DNA from: an uncultured Candidatus Saccharibacteria bacterium
GTDB taxonomy: Bacteria; Patescibacteriota; Minisyncoccia; Phycocordibacterales; JACOZG01
DNA: 64,000 bases
Direction: 5' to 3'
Assembly (NCBI GenBank): GCA_964651115.1
Contig: CAZYXJ010000001.1
Coordinates: 213,077 to 277,076 of the forward strand
The notes below the pieces were generated by a model that did no database searches, was not told where the DNA came from, and saw only the letters and a program-made list of their open reading frames with translations. This document shows positions 48,738-59,133 of this stretch, piece by piece (the first letter of the stretch is position 1; each line of letters begins with the position of its first letter). Position numbers and translations under genes: made by a program.

Positions 48738-49847
48738 TTATTTCAGAGGAATAATTCTATTTTTCTCAACTTTAAAGAACAGCACTGGTTTATGAGCATT
48801 GCCGTCATCATCAAAAGTCATCGTGCCAGATGCGCCAACAAACTCTTTAATATTACTGAGAGATTTAGCAACTAGCTCTGGATCAGTCGACCCGACATCG
48901 CTGATCGCCTTGATGTATAGGTTAAATGCATCATAAGCCTGATTAGCCGGAAAACCAACCTCTCGCTGATATTTAGATTGGAATTTTTTATTAAACGCAC
49001 TATCAACTGTATCAGTAGAAACAAAGATCGTTCCTTCCAAAGAACCTTGGGCTTGATCGATCGTAGGCTGAAACAACAATACAGAGAAAAATGGGATCGT
49101 CATCCCTAAATCTCGCAGCCGCTGGGCAGAAACGGCCGTTTGTCCATAATTAGTAAAAACAACGGCCTCTGGATTAGACGTTTTTATCTTCGTTGCTTCG
49201 GTTCGCAAATCTTTGTTGTCGACGGTAGGCAGTTGAATTGAGACTACGGCTCCACCAAGCTCTTCAAATTTTTTCTTTACAAAATTAGCCTGGTCCATCT
49301 CCCACTCTTGCTGAGAGCCAAATATAGCAATCTTTCGAAATCCTCTTTGCTTATAGAGATACTCGGCCAAGGTAAAACTATCAAATTTGTTAGGCGGAAA
49401 AACATCAAAAGTTCTTGGACTCATTTCAGCAAATTTTTCTGACCCGACTGACGGAGAAATAATTACTACGTTTGCCTTTTCTGCTACAGGAGCCAACACC
49501 GTCGCTGTGGGAGTGAAATCCGGACCAATTATCAAACGCACATCACGATTTATTAGGTTATAAAGCGCCGATAATCCACCTTTGGGATTATCGCCAAGAT
49601 TATCCTCATAAACCATTTCAACCGGTCGGCCCAATACGCCTCCAGCTTGATTAACTTCTCCAACAGCCAGATCAATACCTCGTTTGGCATTCTCACCGGT
49701 ATCAGCAAAGTTACCGGTTAAATTGAGGATTGCGCCAATCTTAATTGGGCCATCAGTATTATTTGACATCTGCCCATCACGATAAAACCACGCCCCCAAC
49801 CCAACCAGCACTAGAATTATGACAACCCAAATAACGATTTTTTTCAT
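48738..49847 (-). CDS. ABC transporter substrate-binding protein, type I PBP (Liv-like), paralog 3
   Basis: 369 aa; N-terminus MKKIVIWVVIILVLVGLGAW. Confidence 0.7.
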   Translation of the reverse strand: MKKIVIWVVIILVLVGLGAWFYRDGQMSNNTDGPIKIGAILNLTGNFADTGENAKRGIDLAVGEVNQAGGVLGRPVEMVYEDNLGDNPKGGLSALYNLINRDVRLIIGPDFTPTATVLAPVAEKANVVIISPSVGSEKFAEMSPRTFDVFPPNKFDSFTLAEYLYKQRGFRKIAIFGSQQEWEMDQANFVKKKFEELGGAVVSIQLPTVDNKDLRTEATKIKTSNPEAVVFTNYGQTAVSAQRLRDLGMTIPFFSVLLFQPTIDQAQGSLEGTIFVSTDTVDSAFNKKFQSKYQREVGFPANQAYDAFNLYIKAISDVGSTDPELVAKSLSNIKEFVGASGTMTFDDDGNAHKPVLFFKVEKNRIIPLK

Positions 49848-49850
49848 ATT

Positions 49851-50930
49851 TTATTCTAGATCTGTTAGCTGACCACCTTTTACCGCCATAATTTTAGTTT
49901 CTGGCTTGCGATTACCGGTGCCGTCAAACTCGATCTTGCCGCCCACACCCGCAAAGTTTGCAGCCTTAAGATTTTTGACCCAAGTGGCCTGATTAGCGTC
50001 ATAGGTTGCGACCAGCAAATTAAACGCATCGTAGCCGATATCAGACAAAAAGCCAGGATCAGCATTAAAGCGAGCTTTGTACTTAGCTTTAAACTCATCG
50101 GCCACGTCCGACTTTACCGTTCCGACAATCGTGCCATCAAGAACCTTCATATCACCCAAGATACGCTGGTAATCAGAGAAGCCAGATTGGAAGTTGGTGT
50201 CAAAAAAGAATTGCGGATTATTTTTCTTAATCTTCAAAAATTCTTGCATAAAGCGAGCGCCCTGCTGCGGCACAATAAAGAGACCGATCGTACTGGAGTT
50301 GCTAGCGGCCACCTTTAAAGCGTGGGGTCGGAGATCCTTTTCGTCAGCCTGGATAACAAAATCAGTAGTTGTACCCTGGAAGCCTTGTTTAAAACTTTCT
50401 ACAAAGCGGACCATGGCATCAATATTGCTGTAGACAATCGCCATCTCTTTAACACCCTTCTCTCTCATATACACTCCGTACTCATACTCAGAAGCGATAC
50501 TGTTGGGCAAAATACCAAGCACGTTATCATCAGCCGGCTCTCGTCCCTGCTCGCCCATTTGGATAACCGGTAGATCGGTTGTCGTTACCGCACCATAAAT
50601 CGCATCGATCGTCGGCGTAGAAACATTGATCAGCGCCTGGATCTGATTGCTCGTAATCAATTTTTGATAAGCACTGAGTCCCTTGCCACCATTAAAGCCA
50701 TCATCCTCCATAAAAACATTTATCTTAGCATCAGGATGCGCTTGATTATATTCCTCACTAGCCAAAACAACGCCGTTGCGGATGTTCTCGCCGACGGCCG
50801 CGTAATCTCCGCTAAGAATGGCGATGAGTCCTAGATTAAAACTTTTAGCTTGCTGATTGTTGCCAGACCAAACAACCGCCCCGATCACAATAATGGCAAT
50901 GATAACTACCCAAATAATTATTTTTTTCAT
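49851..50930 (-). CDS. ABC transporter substrate-binding protein, type I PBP (Liv-like), paralog 4
   Basis: 359 aa; N-terminus MKKIIIWVVIIAIIVIGAVVW. Confidence 0.65.
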   Translation of the reverse strand: MKKIIIWVVIIAIIVIGAVVWSGNNQQAKSFNLGLIAILSGDYAAVGENIRNGVVLASEEYNQAHPDAKINVFMEDDGFNGGKGLSAYQKLITSNQIQALINVSTPTIDAIYGAVTTTDLPVIQMGEQGREPADDNVLGILPNSIASEYEYGVYMREKGVKEMAIVYSNIDAMVRFVESFKQGFQGTTTDFVIQADEKDLRPHALKVAASNSSTIGLFIVPQQGARFMQEFLKIKKNNPQFFFDTNFQSGFSDYQRILGDMKVLDGTIVGTVKSDVADEFKAKYKARFNADPGFLSDIGYDAFNLLVATYDANQATWVKNLKAANFAGVGGKIEFDGTGNRKPETKIMAVKGGQLTDLE

Positions 50931-50935
50931 ATTGG

Positions 50936-52057
50936 TTACTTTAAAGTTACAAAATCTTGACCATTAAATGTTTGTAAAATGGGCAATTTATTAACTGGAT
51001 AATTTAGCTCGGGATAGTCTATCCTACCCGATGCCCCAACAAAATCAATTTGCCGGAGCCCAGTGAGAATAGATTCGGAATCAGTTTTACCGACCTCCTC
51101 GATAGCATATTTGACTGCATACACGGCATCATAGGCCGAATCAGCCTCTGCCAATGGGGATTTGTCAAATTTCTGTTGATATTTTTCTACAAAATCTGTC
51201 TTGGGCAAAGCCGGACGAAAAATAGAAATATCTTTTAACGAACCTGCAGAAATTTTTTTGTCGTAATAAGCGTTAGCAAAATTGGCATGCGCCAACACTG
51301 GCGCAGCAATACCAAGCTCCGTTCGTCTCTTAGAAAATGTTACAACATCATTATAGTTTAGAGCACCAAGAACAACATCGGCACCAGACGCCTTAATGAG
51401 AGACAACTCTCGCTGCATGTCATTATTATCAAATTTTGGCAGCACGACCTCCTTTACCAATACTCCGCCGGAATTTTCCAGCGCCTTCTTAAACATCTCG
51501 CCGTGAGCTTTTCCCCAATAATTGTTGGCATAAATAATAACTGCCTTGGGTTGTCGAAATTTTGATAAATATTTTTCGACAACTCCCCGATTACTAGAAA
51601 TTGCCATGTAAGTCGTAAAGTGATACGAGCTGGTTGACTCGATCATATCTTGGGACGCAGACGGCGTAATCAAAATCCGTTTTTGTGAATCAATCACGGG
51701 CATAACTGCGCCGGCCAAAAAGTCCCAGGTAGCGCCGATAATTACTGGGGCGTTATCGACAGAGATTAATTTGTTAACCACCGAAACAGCCTGTTTAGCT
51801 TCGGTGCCGTCATCCTCATAGATCACTTCGAGCGGTCGCCCCAAAACTCCTCCATCATTATTTATTTCTTCCACGGCAAGCGAGATCGCATTTTTCTGAT
51901 GCTCGCCGTAAATAGCTGCGATGCCCGTCATCGGTAAATCGGCTCCAATCTTAATCGGCTCACTGCTGGTTGGAGCGCTATCTCTTCGGCCAATTAGAAC
52001 TAAAATGAGGACTAAAACTACTACAATTACCACCCAAATTATGGCTTTTTTAGACAT
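50936..52057 (-). CDS. ABC transporter substrate-binding protein, type I PBP (Liv-like), paralog 5
   Basis: 373 aa; N-terminus MSKKAIIWVVIVVVLVLILVLIG. Confidence 0.7.
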   Translation of the reverse strand: MSKKAIIWVVIVVVLVLILVLIGRRDSAPTSSEPIKIGADLPMTGIAAIYGEHQKNAISLAVEEINNDGGVLGRPLEVIYEDDGTEAKQAVSVVNKLISVDNAPVIIGATWDFLAGAVMPVIDSQKRILITPSASQDMIESTSSYHFTTYMAISSNRGVVEKYLSKFRQPKAVIIYANNYWGKAHGEMFKKALENSGGVLVKEVVLPKFDNNDMQRELSLIKASGADVVLGALNYNDVVTFSKRRTELGIAAPVLAHANFANAYYDKKISAGSLKDISIFRPALPKTDFVEKYQQKFDKSPLAEADSAYDAVYAVKYAIEEVGKTDSESILTGLRQIDFVGASGRIDYPELNYPVNKLPILQTFNGQDFVTLK

Positions 52058-52123
52058 GACTCTAGTCTAGCAAGCTCGGGTGAACTGTAAAGCAAAAGTT
52101 GACTATACTGGTTTTATTGCCCG

Positions 52124-53239
52124 TTATGGCAAACGGTCAATCGTCTGCAACTTACCCTCAACCACTTTTTTGATTACCAGAGGCGGGATCCGGATACCAT
52201 TCTCATCAAACTGGACCTTGCCGCTCGCGCCCATCGTATTGGTCTTTTTAAGATTGGCAACCCACTTTGAGCTATCACTATCATAGGCATTGAGATAGGT
52301 CATAAAGGTGTCGTAGCCGTAATCAGCCAAAAAACCAGGCTCTTCGTTAGGATACATTTTCTTGAAGGCGTTGTAGAACTCCTTGTACTCTTGCGAATTT
52401 AAGTCACCCTCCATCCCCAAAGCAATGGCCCCATTAATTTTAGTTAGATTTTCTCCGAGTTGATCCTGATAATAGGAAGTCCCTGTCGTAAGTTGGATAT
52501 CGTAAACAAGCTGTGTTCCAGAGTTAAGAAGCGGCAACAATTCTTTTGTCAGAATCGCCCCGTTCTCCGGCGTCATAATAAAGACAACCGTTGTTGGTTT
52601 GGCTGCGGCGATCTTAGCGGCATCACTTCTTAGCGAATTTTTGTCTGACGAGGCAACAAAGGTAGTAACTGGCTTGCCGTACTCTTTTACAAAAGCTTTA
52701 GCAAAAGAGTCCTGAGCGGCATCAATAGAATGAACAACAACTACTTTAGATTCGTTAAAGCCCGCGCCCTTAATGTAGGTGCTAAAACGATCCCAGACAT
52801 TATCATTCCCTTGGGTCATCTGGAAAACGTAGTCATCGGCAACATTGTTGGCCTGGAAGGCAACCATCATGACGGGAAATCCCGCGGCCTTACCCGGCTC
52901 GTAAATAGAGTCCATCGTTGTGGTAAAGAAGTTGATTAACCCCCCAACATTGTCCTGGGTGGTAAGTTTGCGATAAGCGCTTAAGCCTTTGGCGCCATCA
53001 CCGCCATCGTCCTCCACAACAATCTCAATATTATTTCCCGTGTCTTCTTGATAAACCTGCTGCGCCACTTTTAGACCCTTTAAAGTATTTTCTCCCACTG
53101 CGCCAAAATCACCAGTTAGCGACATGACGGCACCAATCTTCAGCCCAGAGGTCTCGGGGTTCTTCGAACCTACAGTAATGATCGCCCCGACAATAATTGT
53201 CATGACAACAATCGCCAAAATTATTTTTGATTTTTTCAT
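52124..53239 (-). CDS. ABC transporter substrate-binding protein, type I PBP (Liv-like), paralog 6
   Basis: 371 aa; N-terminus MKKSKIILAIVVMTIIVGAIITVG. Confidence 0.65.
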   Translation of the reverse strand: MKKSKIILAIVVMTIIVGAIITVGSKNPETSGLKIGAVMSLTGDFGAVGENTLKGLKVAQQVYQEDTGNNIEIVVEDDGGDGAKGLSAYRKLTTQDNVGGLINFFTTTMDSIYEPGKAAGFPVMMVAFQANNVADDYVFQMTQGNDNVWDRFSTYIKGAGFNESKVVVVHSIDAAQDSFAKAFVKEYGKPVTTFVASSDKNSLRSDAAKIAAAKPTTVVFIMTPENGAILTKELLPLLNSGTQLVYDIQLTTGTSYYQDQLGENLTKINGAIALGMEGDLNSQEYKEFYNAFKKMYPNEEPGFLADYGYDTFMTYLNAYDSDSSKWVANLKKTNTMGASGKVQFDENGIRIPPLVIKKVVEGKLQTIDRLP

Positions 53240-53378
53240 AATAGCATTATACAGATGAGCTATTTTATTGTATATAGATGAGGCTCGGTTGGACCGTTTC
53301 TCAAAAATATGCTTATTTATAGCGCTGGAACGGTTTTTATAATTTGACTAAAAATTAGTCACAAGCTATACTCAGCTG

Positions 53379-54203
53379 ATGGGTAACAGCAACGCCATCT
53401 ATAACCTAATGGGCCTCACCGAGACCGAAAAGCGGATTCTGCGGGCACTCCAGTCAGCAAAAAACGTGCAAAACATTGCCCGCCAGACGGGTATCTCTCG
53501 AACGGGAATAAATTATTGTCTCAGTTCCCTACTTAAACGTAGTCTCGTGCGCATTATCCGTCAGGGCCGCAAAAGATTATTCATTGGCCTGACTAAGCTA
53601 GAACTTGTTAATTTGCTGCAAGAGGCCATCGACGGATCAAAAATCGAAGGGGCGGAAAAGAGGGGCGCGAGAGTCCGGTCCACCAAAGAGGACGAATTTG
53701 TTATCCATGTGGGAGCCAAAGAGATTATCCCCGCCTACACCCGCATCGCCTCCGCGAACAAAGATGAGCGCATTAAAGCCATCCAACACCATCGCTCTTA
53801 CAATGAACTATTAGAAAAAATCACCGCTACCCAGTTGGTTGCCTTCAATAAAACCATCATTAAAAATCGCCTCATTATCGAGGGGATGCTGAACGAAGGA
53901 GCTTATCAAGCCTACAAAGAAGAAGTTGGAACAAACCCGAACAAGTATAAGGACTCTATCGAAAGCCTAGAAGGACGGATGGCGGATTACACCTGCTTTC
54001 CCGACAATAAGTTTAACCATGATGCCGAGCTGTGGCTATTTAAAAATACTTCGCTTTTGATTAATTGGCACGATGAGGTGGCGATAGAAATTACTAACAA
54101 AAGTATGACCGCCTTTCTGAAAGATATGTTTGACTTCGTTAAAAAAGACGGCCACAAGATCGACCATAACCGAGCCGTGAGAAATGTTTTAACAAAAAAT
54201 TGA
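53379..54203 (+). CDS. putative winged-helix transcriptional regulator (TrmB-like N-terminus)
   Basis: 274 aa; N-terminal HTH-like region (ETEKRILRALQSAKNVQNIARQTGISRTGINYCLSSLLKRSL); inserted on the plus strand inside the minus-strand transporter cluster. Confidence 0.45.
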   Translation: MGNSNAIYNLMGLTETEKRILRALQSAKNVQNIARQTGISRTGINYCLSSLLKRSLVRIIRQGRKRLFIGLTKLELVNLLQEAIDGSKIEGAEKRGARVRSTKEDEFVIHVGAKEIIPAYTRIASANKDERIKAIQHHRSYNELLEKITATQLVAFNKTIIKNRLIIEGMLNEGAYQAYKEEVGTNPNKYKDSIESLEGRMADYTCFPDNKFNHDAELWLFKNTSLLINWHDEVAIEITNKSMTAFLKDMFDFVKKDGHKIDHNRAVRNVLTKN

Positions 54204-54212
54204 TCTGGGGAT

Positions 54213-55091
54213 TTAAATCTTATACTCCCCGATCAGGCCTTGAGGGCGGTAGAGCATAAGGACGATTAGCAAGAGGCCATAGACGGCTTGGCGCATTTGC
54301 GCCGCAATATCGGTGGGAAAGCCCACAAAACGCAAGGCCTCAGGCAACAGGATCAAACAAACCGCCCCCAAAACTGAGCCGCGGAGATTGGCCAGTCCGC
54401 CGAGAATAATAATCGCCAGCAAAAAGATCGACTCATTAAGCGAGAAAGTGGAAGGATCAATAAAGGTGATATAAGAAGCAAAAAGTGAGCCTGCTAGTGC
54501 CGCCAATCCAGCACTAATTACAAAGATCAGAAGTTTGTAATTAAAGGTGTGATAACCAAACACCCGGATCGCCTCCTCGTCCTCACGAATCGCCTTTAAA
54601 ACTCGGCCAAACGAGGATTTAACAATCAAACGTGATACAAGGTAAACCAAAGCAAGCGCTACGGCGGTTAAAACCAGAAACTCAAGGTTTGAGTTAAGGT
54701 CCAATTTCCAATTACCAATTCCTAAGGAGGGGCGAGTAATCCCGGGGACACCCAAGGGGCCGCGAGTTACTGATTGCCAGTTGAGAAAGATACTATAAAT
54801 GATGATGTTGAAGCCAAAGGAGCCGAGAGCGTAAAAGTCTTCGCGGAAGCGCGAGAGCACCACGCCCACTACCACCGAGACCAACATCGCGATAATCATC
54901 CCGATCAAAGTTGCCAAGAAAAAGTTCAACCCCATTCCTGTTAGCAGCAGCGCTGTGGCGTAAGCGCCAATGCCATAAAAGGCGGCTTGAGTGATGGAAA
55001 GGAGACCAGTGTAGCCAACGATCAGATTTAAGCTGATCCCCAAGATCCCGTAGATACCGATCAGAATGGCTAAGTGGATTAAATATTCCAT
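54213..55091 (-). CDS. branched-chain amino acid ABC transporter permease (LivM-like)
   Basis: 292 aa; multi-TM; LivM/LivH permease family pattern. Confidence 0.8.
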   Translation of the reverse strand: MEYLIHLAILIGIYGILGISLNLIVGYTGLLSITQAAFYGIGAYATALLLTGMGLNFFLATLIGMIIAMLVSVVVGVVLSRFREDFYALGSFGFNIIIYSIFLNWQSVTRGPLGVPGITRPSLGIGNWKLDLNSNLEFLVLTAVALALVYLVSRLIVKSSFGRVLKAIREDEEAIRVFGYHTFNYKLLIFVISAGLAALAGSLFASYITFIDPSTFSLNESIFLLAIIILGGLANLRGSVLGAVCLILLPEALRFVGFPTDIAAQMRQAVYGLLLIVLMLYRPQGLIGEYKI

Positions 55092-55093
55092 GG

Positions 55094-55972
55094 CTACTTT
55101 TTAAATAGACCCTGCGGGCGAAATAAAAGAAACAGAAGCAGGAGCACGAAGGCGATCGCATCCTTCCACTCCCCGGCCAACTTCCAAATCCCAAAATTTT
55201 CTACAAAGCCCAAAATAAAAGCCCCGATGATCCCACCCCAAATATTACCGGCGCCACCAATAATCGCCGCGATCACTCCTTTTAGGAGGAGTGATAACCC
55301 CATCGTTGGCTCGATACCGGTATCAAAGCCGATCATGATCCCCGCCAACCCAGCAATGGCCGAGCCGAGAAAGAAAACGGTGGCAATCACATTGCTGGTA
55401 TTGATCCCCACGATTTTAGAAACCTCTTCATCATCGCCCACGGCCCGGATGGCTTTACCGATCGCCGTGTATTTAAGAAAGAGTCCCAGCAGCACGCCGA
55501 TCACCAGGACCAGGGCCACAATAATAAGCTGGACCTGAGTGATTACGCCGCCGGCAATCTCGTAGACCTGACCGCTGCCGGCGGCGCGACTTAGGGTCTG
55601 GAACTGACTAGTAAAGAGCATGGCGATAATCGCCTGGAGCATGGTAAAGGCACCCAGGGAGGCAACTAGCAAAACCATGTTGGAAGCTTTGCGCTTCCGA
55701 AGCGGTCGATAAACTAGATAGTTAATCAAAAGCCCGATCAAACCAGCCACCAAGACGCCCAAAACCACCGCCCACCATAAGTCGCCACCAAGTTTTTTAT
55801 AAAAAAAGAAAACGGTATAACCACCCACTGCCGTGAGAGCACCATAACCAAGATCAAAAAACTTGACCGTACCAAAGATTAAATTAAAACCGAGCGCCAA
55901 GAGAGCATAGATGGCGCCAGCAATAATGCTATTAGCAACAAGTTGTGGCAAGATATCCATATATATTTTCAA
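55094..55972 (-). CDS. branched-chain amino acid ABC transporter permease (LivH-like)
   Basis: 292 aa; multi-TM; 3-nt gap to the LivM-like gene. Confidence 0.8.
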   Translation of the reverse strand: MKIYMDILPQLVANSIIAGAIYALLALGFNLIFGTVKFFDLGYGALTAVGGYTVFFFYKKLGGDLWWAVVLGVLVAGLIGLLINYLVYRPLRKRKASNMVLLVASLGAFTMLQAIIAMLFTSQFQTLSRAAGSGQVYEIAGGVITQVQLIIVALVLVIGVLLGLFLKYTAIGKAIRAVGDDEEVSKIVGINTSNVIATVFFLGSAIAGLAGIMIGFDTGIEPTMGLSLLLKGVIAAIIGGAGNIWGGIIGAFILGFVENFGIWKLAGEWKDAIAFVLLLLFLLFRPQGLFKK

Positions 55973-56028
55973 CCAAACTATAACAGCAACCTGAGCTGAC
56001 TACAAATCAGGTCCGGAATAAAACAAGC

Positions 56029-57135
56029 CTACTCTGCCATTCTCACAAACTTACCATCCTGGATAGATTTAAAGTAAAACTCTCTTTGAATGGTGTTCTG
56101 GTCAAAAGACATGACCCCACTTACTCCTTGGTAATTATTTAGTTGTAAAATGTAATCTCTGACACAAGACGAATTATTTTTGCCACAACTCTCAAGGGCA
56201 TCAATCAATATTTTGTATATATCGTAAGCATTGTAAGCCGCCACTTGAGGCCGTCCGCTGGTTACCTTTTGAAATTCGCTGATAAACTTTTGCTGAGCAC
56301 TAGTAAGAGAGCTCTCGTTAATTGGGAAAGTGTAAACCAATCCCTCCAAGCTACTACCTCCAGCCGCCACCAAATCAGACGCCTCTGTCGCGTATTGACC
56401 AAACAGAGGTACATCTATTCCTAATTCTCTGGCCTGTTTAGCAATTTGCCCGACTCCAGCCCCATTGTAGACAATATATAGAGCATCCGGGGCGGCCTTT
56501 TTGAGTTTAAGCAGGCTGGTTCGAAAATCCTGCGACCCAACAAGGAAAGGCTCGGCCCCAACCAAAACTCCACCACGTTTTTCTGTTTCCTCTTTGAACG
56601 ATCGGTAATGAAGGAGACCAAAATCATTGTTCATATAGATAATGGCCGGTTTTTGTTTTTTAAGTTTGGTGACAATTAATTCCGCCAACACTCGTGCCTC
56701 ACTGTCTGCTTCATGGGAGCCCTTGATCACATATCCCTCGATCTTATTGGCCGCACCCCAGGGTGTGAAGGCGACGATTTGGTTTTGGCTGGCTAGAGGT
56801 TTTACCGCTTCTATTCCGGAACTATTTAGCGGACCCACAATGGCGTCGACACCATCTACCGTCACTAATTTATTGAAGGCTGATACCGCTTTTTCTGAAG
56901 TAAATCCATCATCTTCGTAGACAAGTTCAACCTTTTCGCCATAATCTTTATTGGCGATCTCCAAGGCTGCCCTGATATCCTCTCCTACCTTAGCCTGAGC
57001 CCCCGTTAAAGGAATAACCACACCAATCTTAATCGGCTCGCCCCTCACCGGGCTCGCCTCGTCTCTCCTGCTCGCCCACACTCCTAACCCCATCACTACC
57101 AGAATTATGACGATCCAAATTATTACCTTTTTCAT
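56029..57135 (-). CDS. ABC transporter substrate-binding protein, type I PBP (Liv-like), paralog 7
   Basis: 368 aa; N-terminus MKKVIIWIVIILVVMGLGVWA. Confidence 0.7.
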   Translation of the reverse strand: MKKVIIWIVIILVVMGLGVWASRRDEASPVRGEPIKIGVVIPLTGAQAKVGEDIRAALEIANKDYGEKVELVYEDDGFTSEKAVSAFNKLVTVDGVDAIVGPLNSSGIEAVKPLASQNQIVAFTPWGAANKIEGYVIKGSHEADSEARVLAELIVTKLKKQKPAIIYMNNDFGLLHYRSFKEETEKRGGVLVGAEPFLVGSQDFRTSLLKLKKAAPDALYIVYNGAGVGQIAKQARELGIDVPLFGQYATEASDLVAAGGSSLEGLVYTFPINESSLTSAQQKFISEFQKVTSGRPQVAAYNAYDIYKILIDALESCGKNNSSCVRDYILQLNNYQGVSGVMSFDQNTIQREFYFKSIQDGKFVRMAE

Positions 57136-57137
57136 AT

Positions 57138-57893
57138 CTAATTATTTAATATAAGCTCGTGCATGTAAATCATCCCTCTTTGGAGGTTGTTGATTGAATT
57201 GTGTAACCAGGTCGTTTGTACCTCATAACCAAGCTTTTCCCCAACAATTCTGGGATCAGTTAAGTCACCACCCAAACTGTAGGAAGGAATCGCAATCACA
57301 CCCTGAGGGTTAAGGTGCTCTTTCGCTTCAACCAGAAATCTCTCAAACAGCTCGGGCAGCATGAGCATGCTGGCAGAAATGGTATCACCTTCTGGAGACT
57401 TACCAGCAAAAAACGGGATCATCCAAGTTATTAGATCCGCTTTTTCGTCGATCTTTTCAAATAAGTCACCCTGGACGACAGAAGCAATCGCCTCAACATT
57501 AAATCTTTTTATATTCTCCTGCGTATTTTCCACAGCCGGAAGGGAAACATCAGACATAACGACTTTCTTGGCTCCATACTTGGCCATTATTACTCCCATT
57601 AGCCCAGTACCTGATCCTATTTCAATTGCAGTTTTATTAAAAAAGAGAGCATTGTGATAAAAAAGATAACGAGCGTGATAACGACCCGAAGCAATTAGAG
57701 GATTCCACACCCCCTTTTTGATCAGAAAGTTTTTCAGAGTGTCGTCCTCCCCGCTTACGTCGTAGTTTACTTCAAAATCTTCGTGTTGGTGTTTTTCCCA
57801 TTGGGTCAAAACCAGATTTCTCTGGTCTTGATTTAGCATCTTTAAGTTATCCTCTTGGAGAGTCGCTTCCCGCTTATCCATATGCCTTTTCAA
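57138..57893 (-). CDS. class I SAM-dependent methyltransferase (methyltransferase-small-domain type; paralog of 46121-46846)
   Basis: 251 aa; motif I IEIGSGTGLMGVIMA; degenerate motif IV MIPFF; 2-nt gap to the downstream SBP gene. Confidence 0.6.
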   Translation of the reverse strand: MKRHMDKREATLQEDNLKMLNQDQRNLVLTQWEKHQHEDFEVNYDVSGEDDTLKNFLIKKGVWNPLIASGRYHARYLFYHNALFFNKTAIEIGSGTGLMGVIMAKYGAKKVVMSDVSLPAVENTQENIKRFNVEAIASVVQGDLFEKIDEKADLITWMIPFFAGKSPEGDTISASMLMLPELFERFLVEAKEHLNPQGVIAIPSYSLGGDLTDPRIVGEKLGYEVQTTWLHNSINNLQRGMIYMHELILNN

Positions 57894-57932
57894 CCAAACT
57901 ATACCTTATTCCTTGTATTGTTTCCAACGGTA

Positions 57933-59054
57933 TTAACGTAGTGATTTATAGCCGCCAGGTATACCATCTTTAGACAACACGATCTGCCACAGTTGGATAC
58001 TGCGAGCCCGAAAAGCTCCCGCACAGGCTAGCAAATAATAACGCCACATCCGTCGGAAGCGCTCAGAGTAATTTTGCTTGATCTGATCCCAACTGCGCTC
58101 AAAGTTTTGCTGCCAGGCCATTAGAGTCTTATCGTAATCAGAACCAAAATTGTGCCAATCTTCCATCACAAACAGGCCCTCAATCCCTCGGGCCATTTGG
58201 GCGACACTTGGCAAAACACCGTTAGGAAAAATGTACTTATCGATCCAAGGATCCGTTACCCTTGAGCCCACACTTTTACCGATCGTGTGGAGCAAAAAGA
58301 GTCCGCCATCTTTTAAGCAACGGCGGGCCACCTCAAAATAGCTGCGATAATTTTTATCACCCACATGCTCAAACATCCCCAACGACACAATCGCATCAAA
58401 CTGGCCGGTTAGATCACGATAGTCTTGCAATAAAATCTCGACCGGCAAACCCTGACACAACTCCATCCCAAGAGCCACCTGCTCCTTAGAAACAGTGACA
58501 CCAGTAACCCGCACCCCGTAACGCTCGGCCGCAAACTTGGCAAAGCTGCCCCAACCACAACCAATATCCAAAACGTGCATCCCGGGTTTAAGATTAAGCT
58601 TTTGGCAAACCAAATCTAATTTGGCCTCCTGCGCCTCATCGAGTGAGTTCGCCTGGCGCCAATAAGCACAAGTGTAGACCAAGCGTCGATCCAACATTTG
58701 GCGGTAAAGATCGTTGCCGGCATCGTAATGCTCCTCGCCCACCATAAAAGCCCGAGACTTTGATTGGCGGTTAAAAAGAGTGTTTATTAGATAAGAAAGG
58801 GCGAGTTGCCAACCCCCTCGAACTTGCTGGTGGAGTTTGGCGCGAAATATTTTATCGAAAAATTGATCCAGCTCCTGGGCGTCCCACCAACCATCCATAT
58901 AACTCTCTCCTAAAGCCAAGGAACCGCCGGCCAAAACCCGAGCGTAAAAACGTTCATCGTGGATCTGGATATCCCCCGGCGCGGCACCATTAATGGTAAC
59001 GCCAGCCTTGGCAAGCAGGTCAGTAATCAGCCGTTTAGCGGTTATAGTTGACAT
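57933..59054 (-). CDS. cyclopropane-fatty-acyl-phospholipid synthase family SAM-dependent methyltransferase
   Basis: 373 aa; CFA-synthase / mycolic acid cyclopropane synthase family pattern (VLDIGCGWGSFAKFAAERYGVRVTGVTVSKEQ). Confidence 0.75.
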   Translation of the reverse strand: MSTITAKRLITDLLAKAGVTINGAAPGDIQIHDERFYARVLAGGSLALGESYMDGWWDAQELDQFFDKIFRAKLHQQVRGGWQLALSYLINTLFNRQSKSRAFMVGEEHYDAGNDLYRQMLDRRLVYTCAYWRQANSLDEAQEAKLDLVCQKLNLKPGMHVLDIGCGWGSFAKFAAERYGVRVTGVTVSKEQVALGMELCQGLPVEILLQDYRDLTGQFDAIVSLGMFEHVGDKNYRSYFEVARRCLKDGGLFLLHTIGKSVGSRVTDPWIDKYIFPNGVLPSVAQMARGIEGLFVMEDWHNFGSDYDKTLMAWQQNFERSWDQIKQNYSERFRRMWRYYLLACAGAFRARSIQLWQIVLSKDGIPGGYKSLR

Positions 59055-59133
59055 CGTTTTAAACTATCATGAAGTTTTTCCAAACGCCAACCACCCGCCT
59101 CTCGGCGGGTGGTTGGGAATAAACCTTAATTTT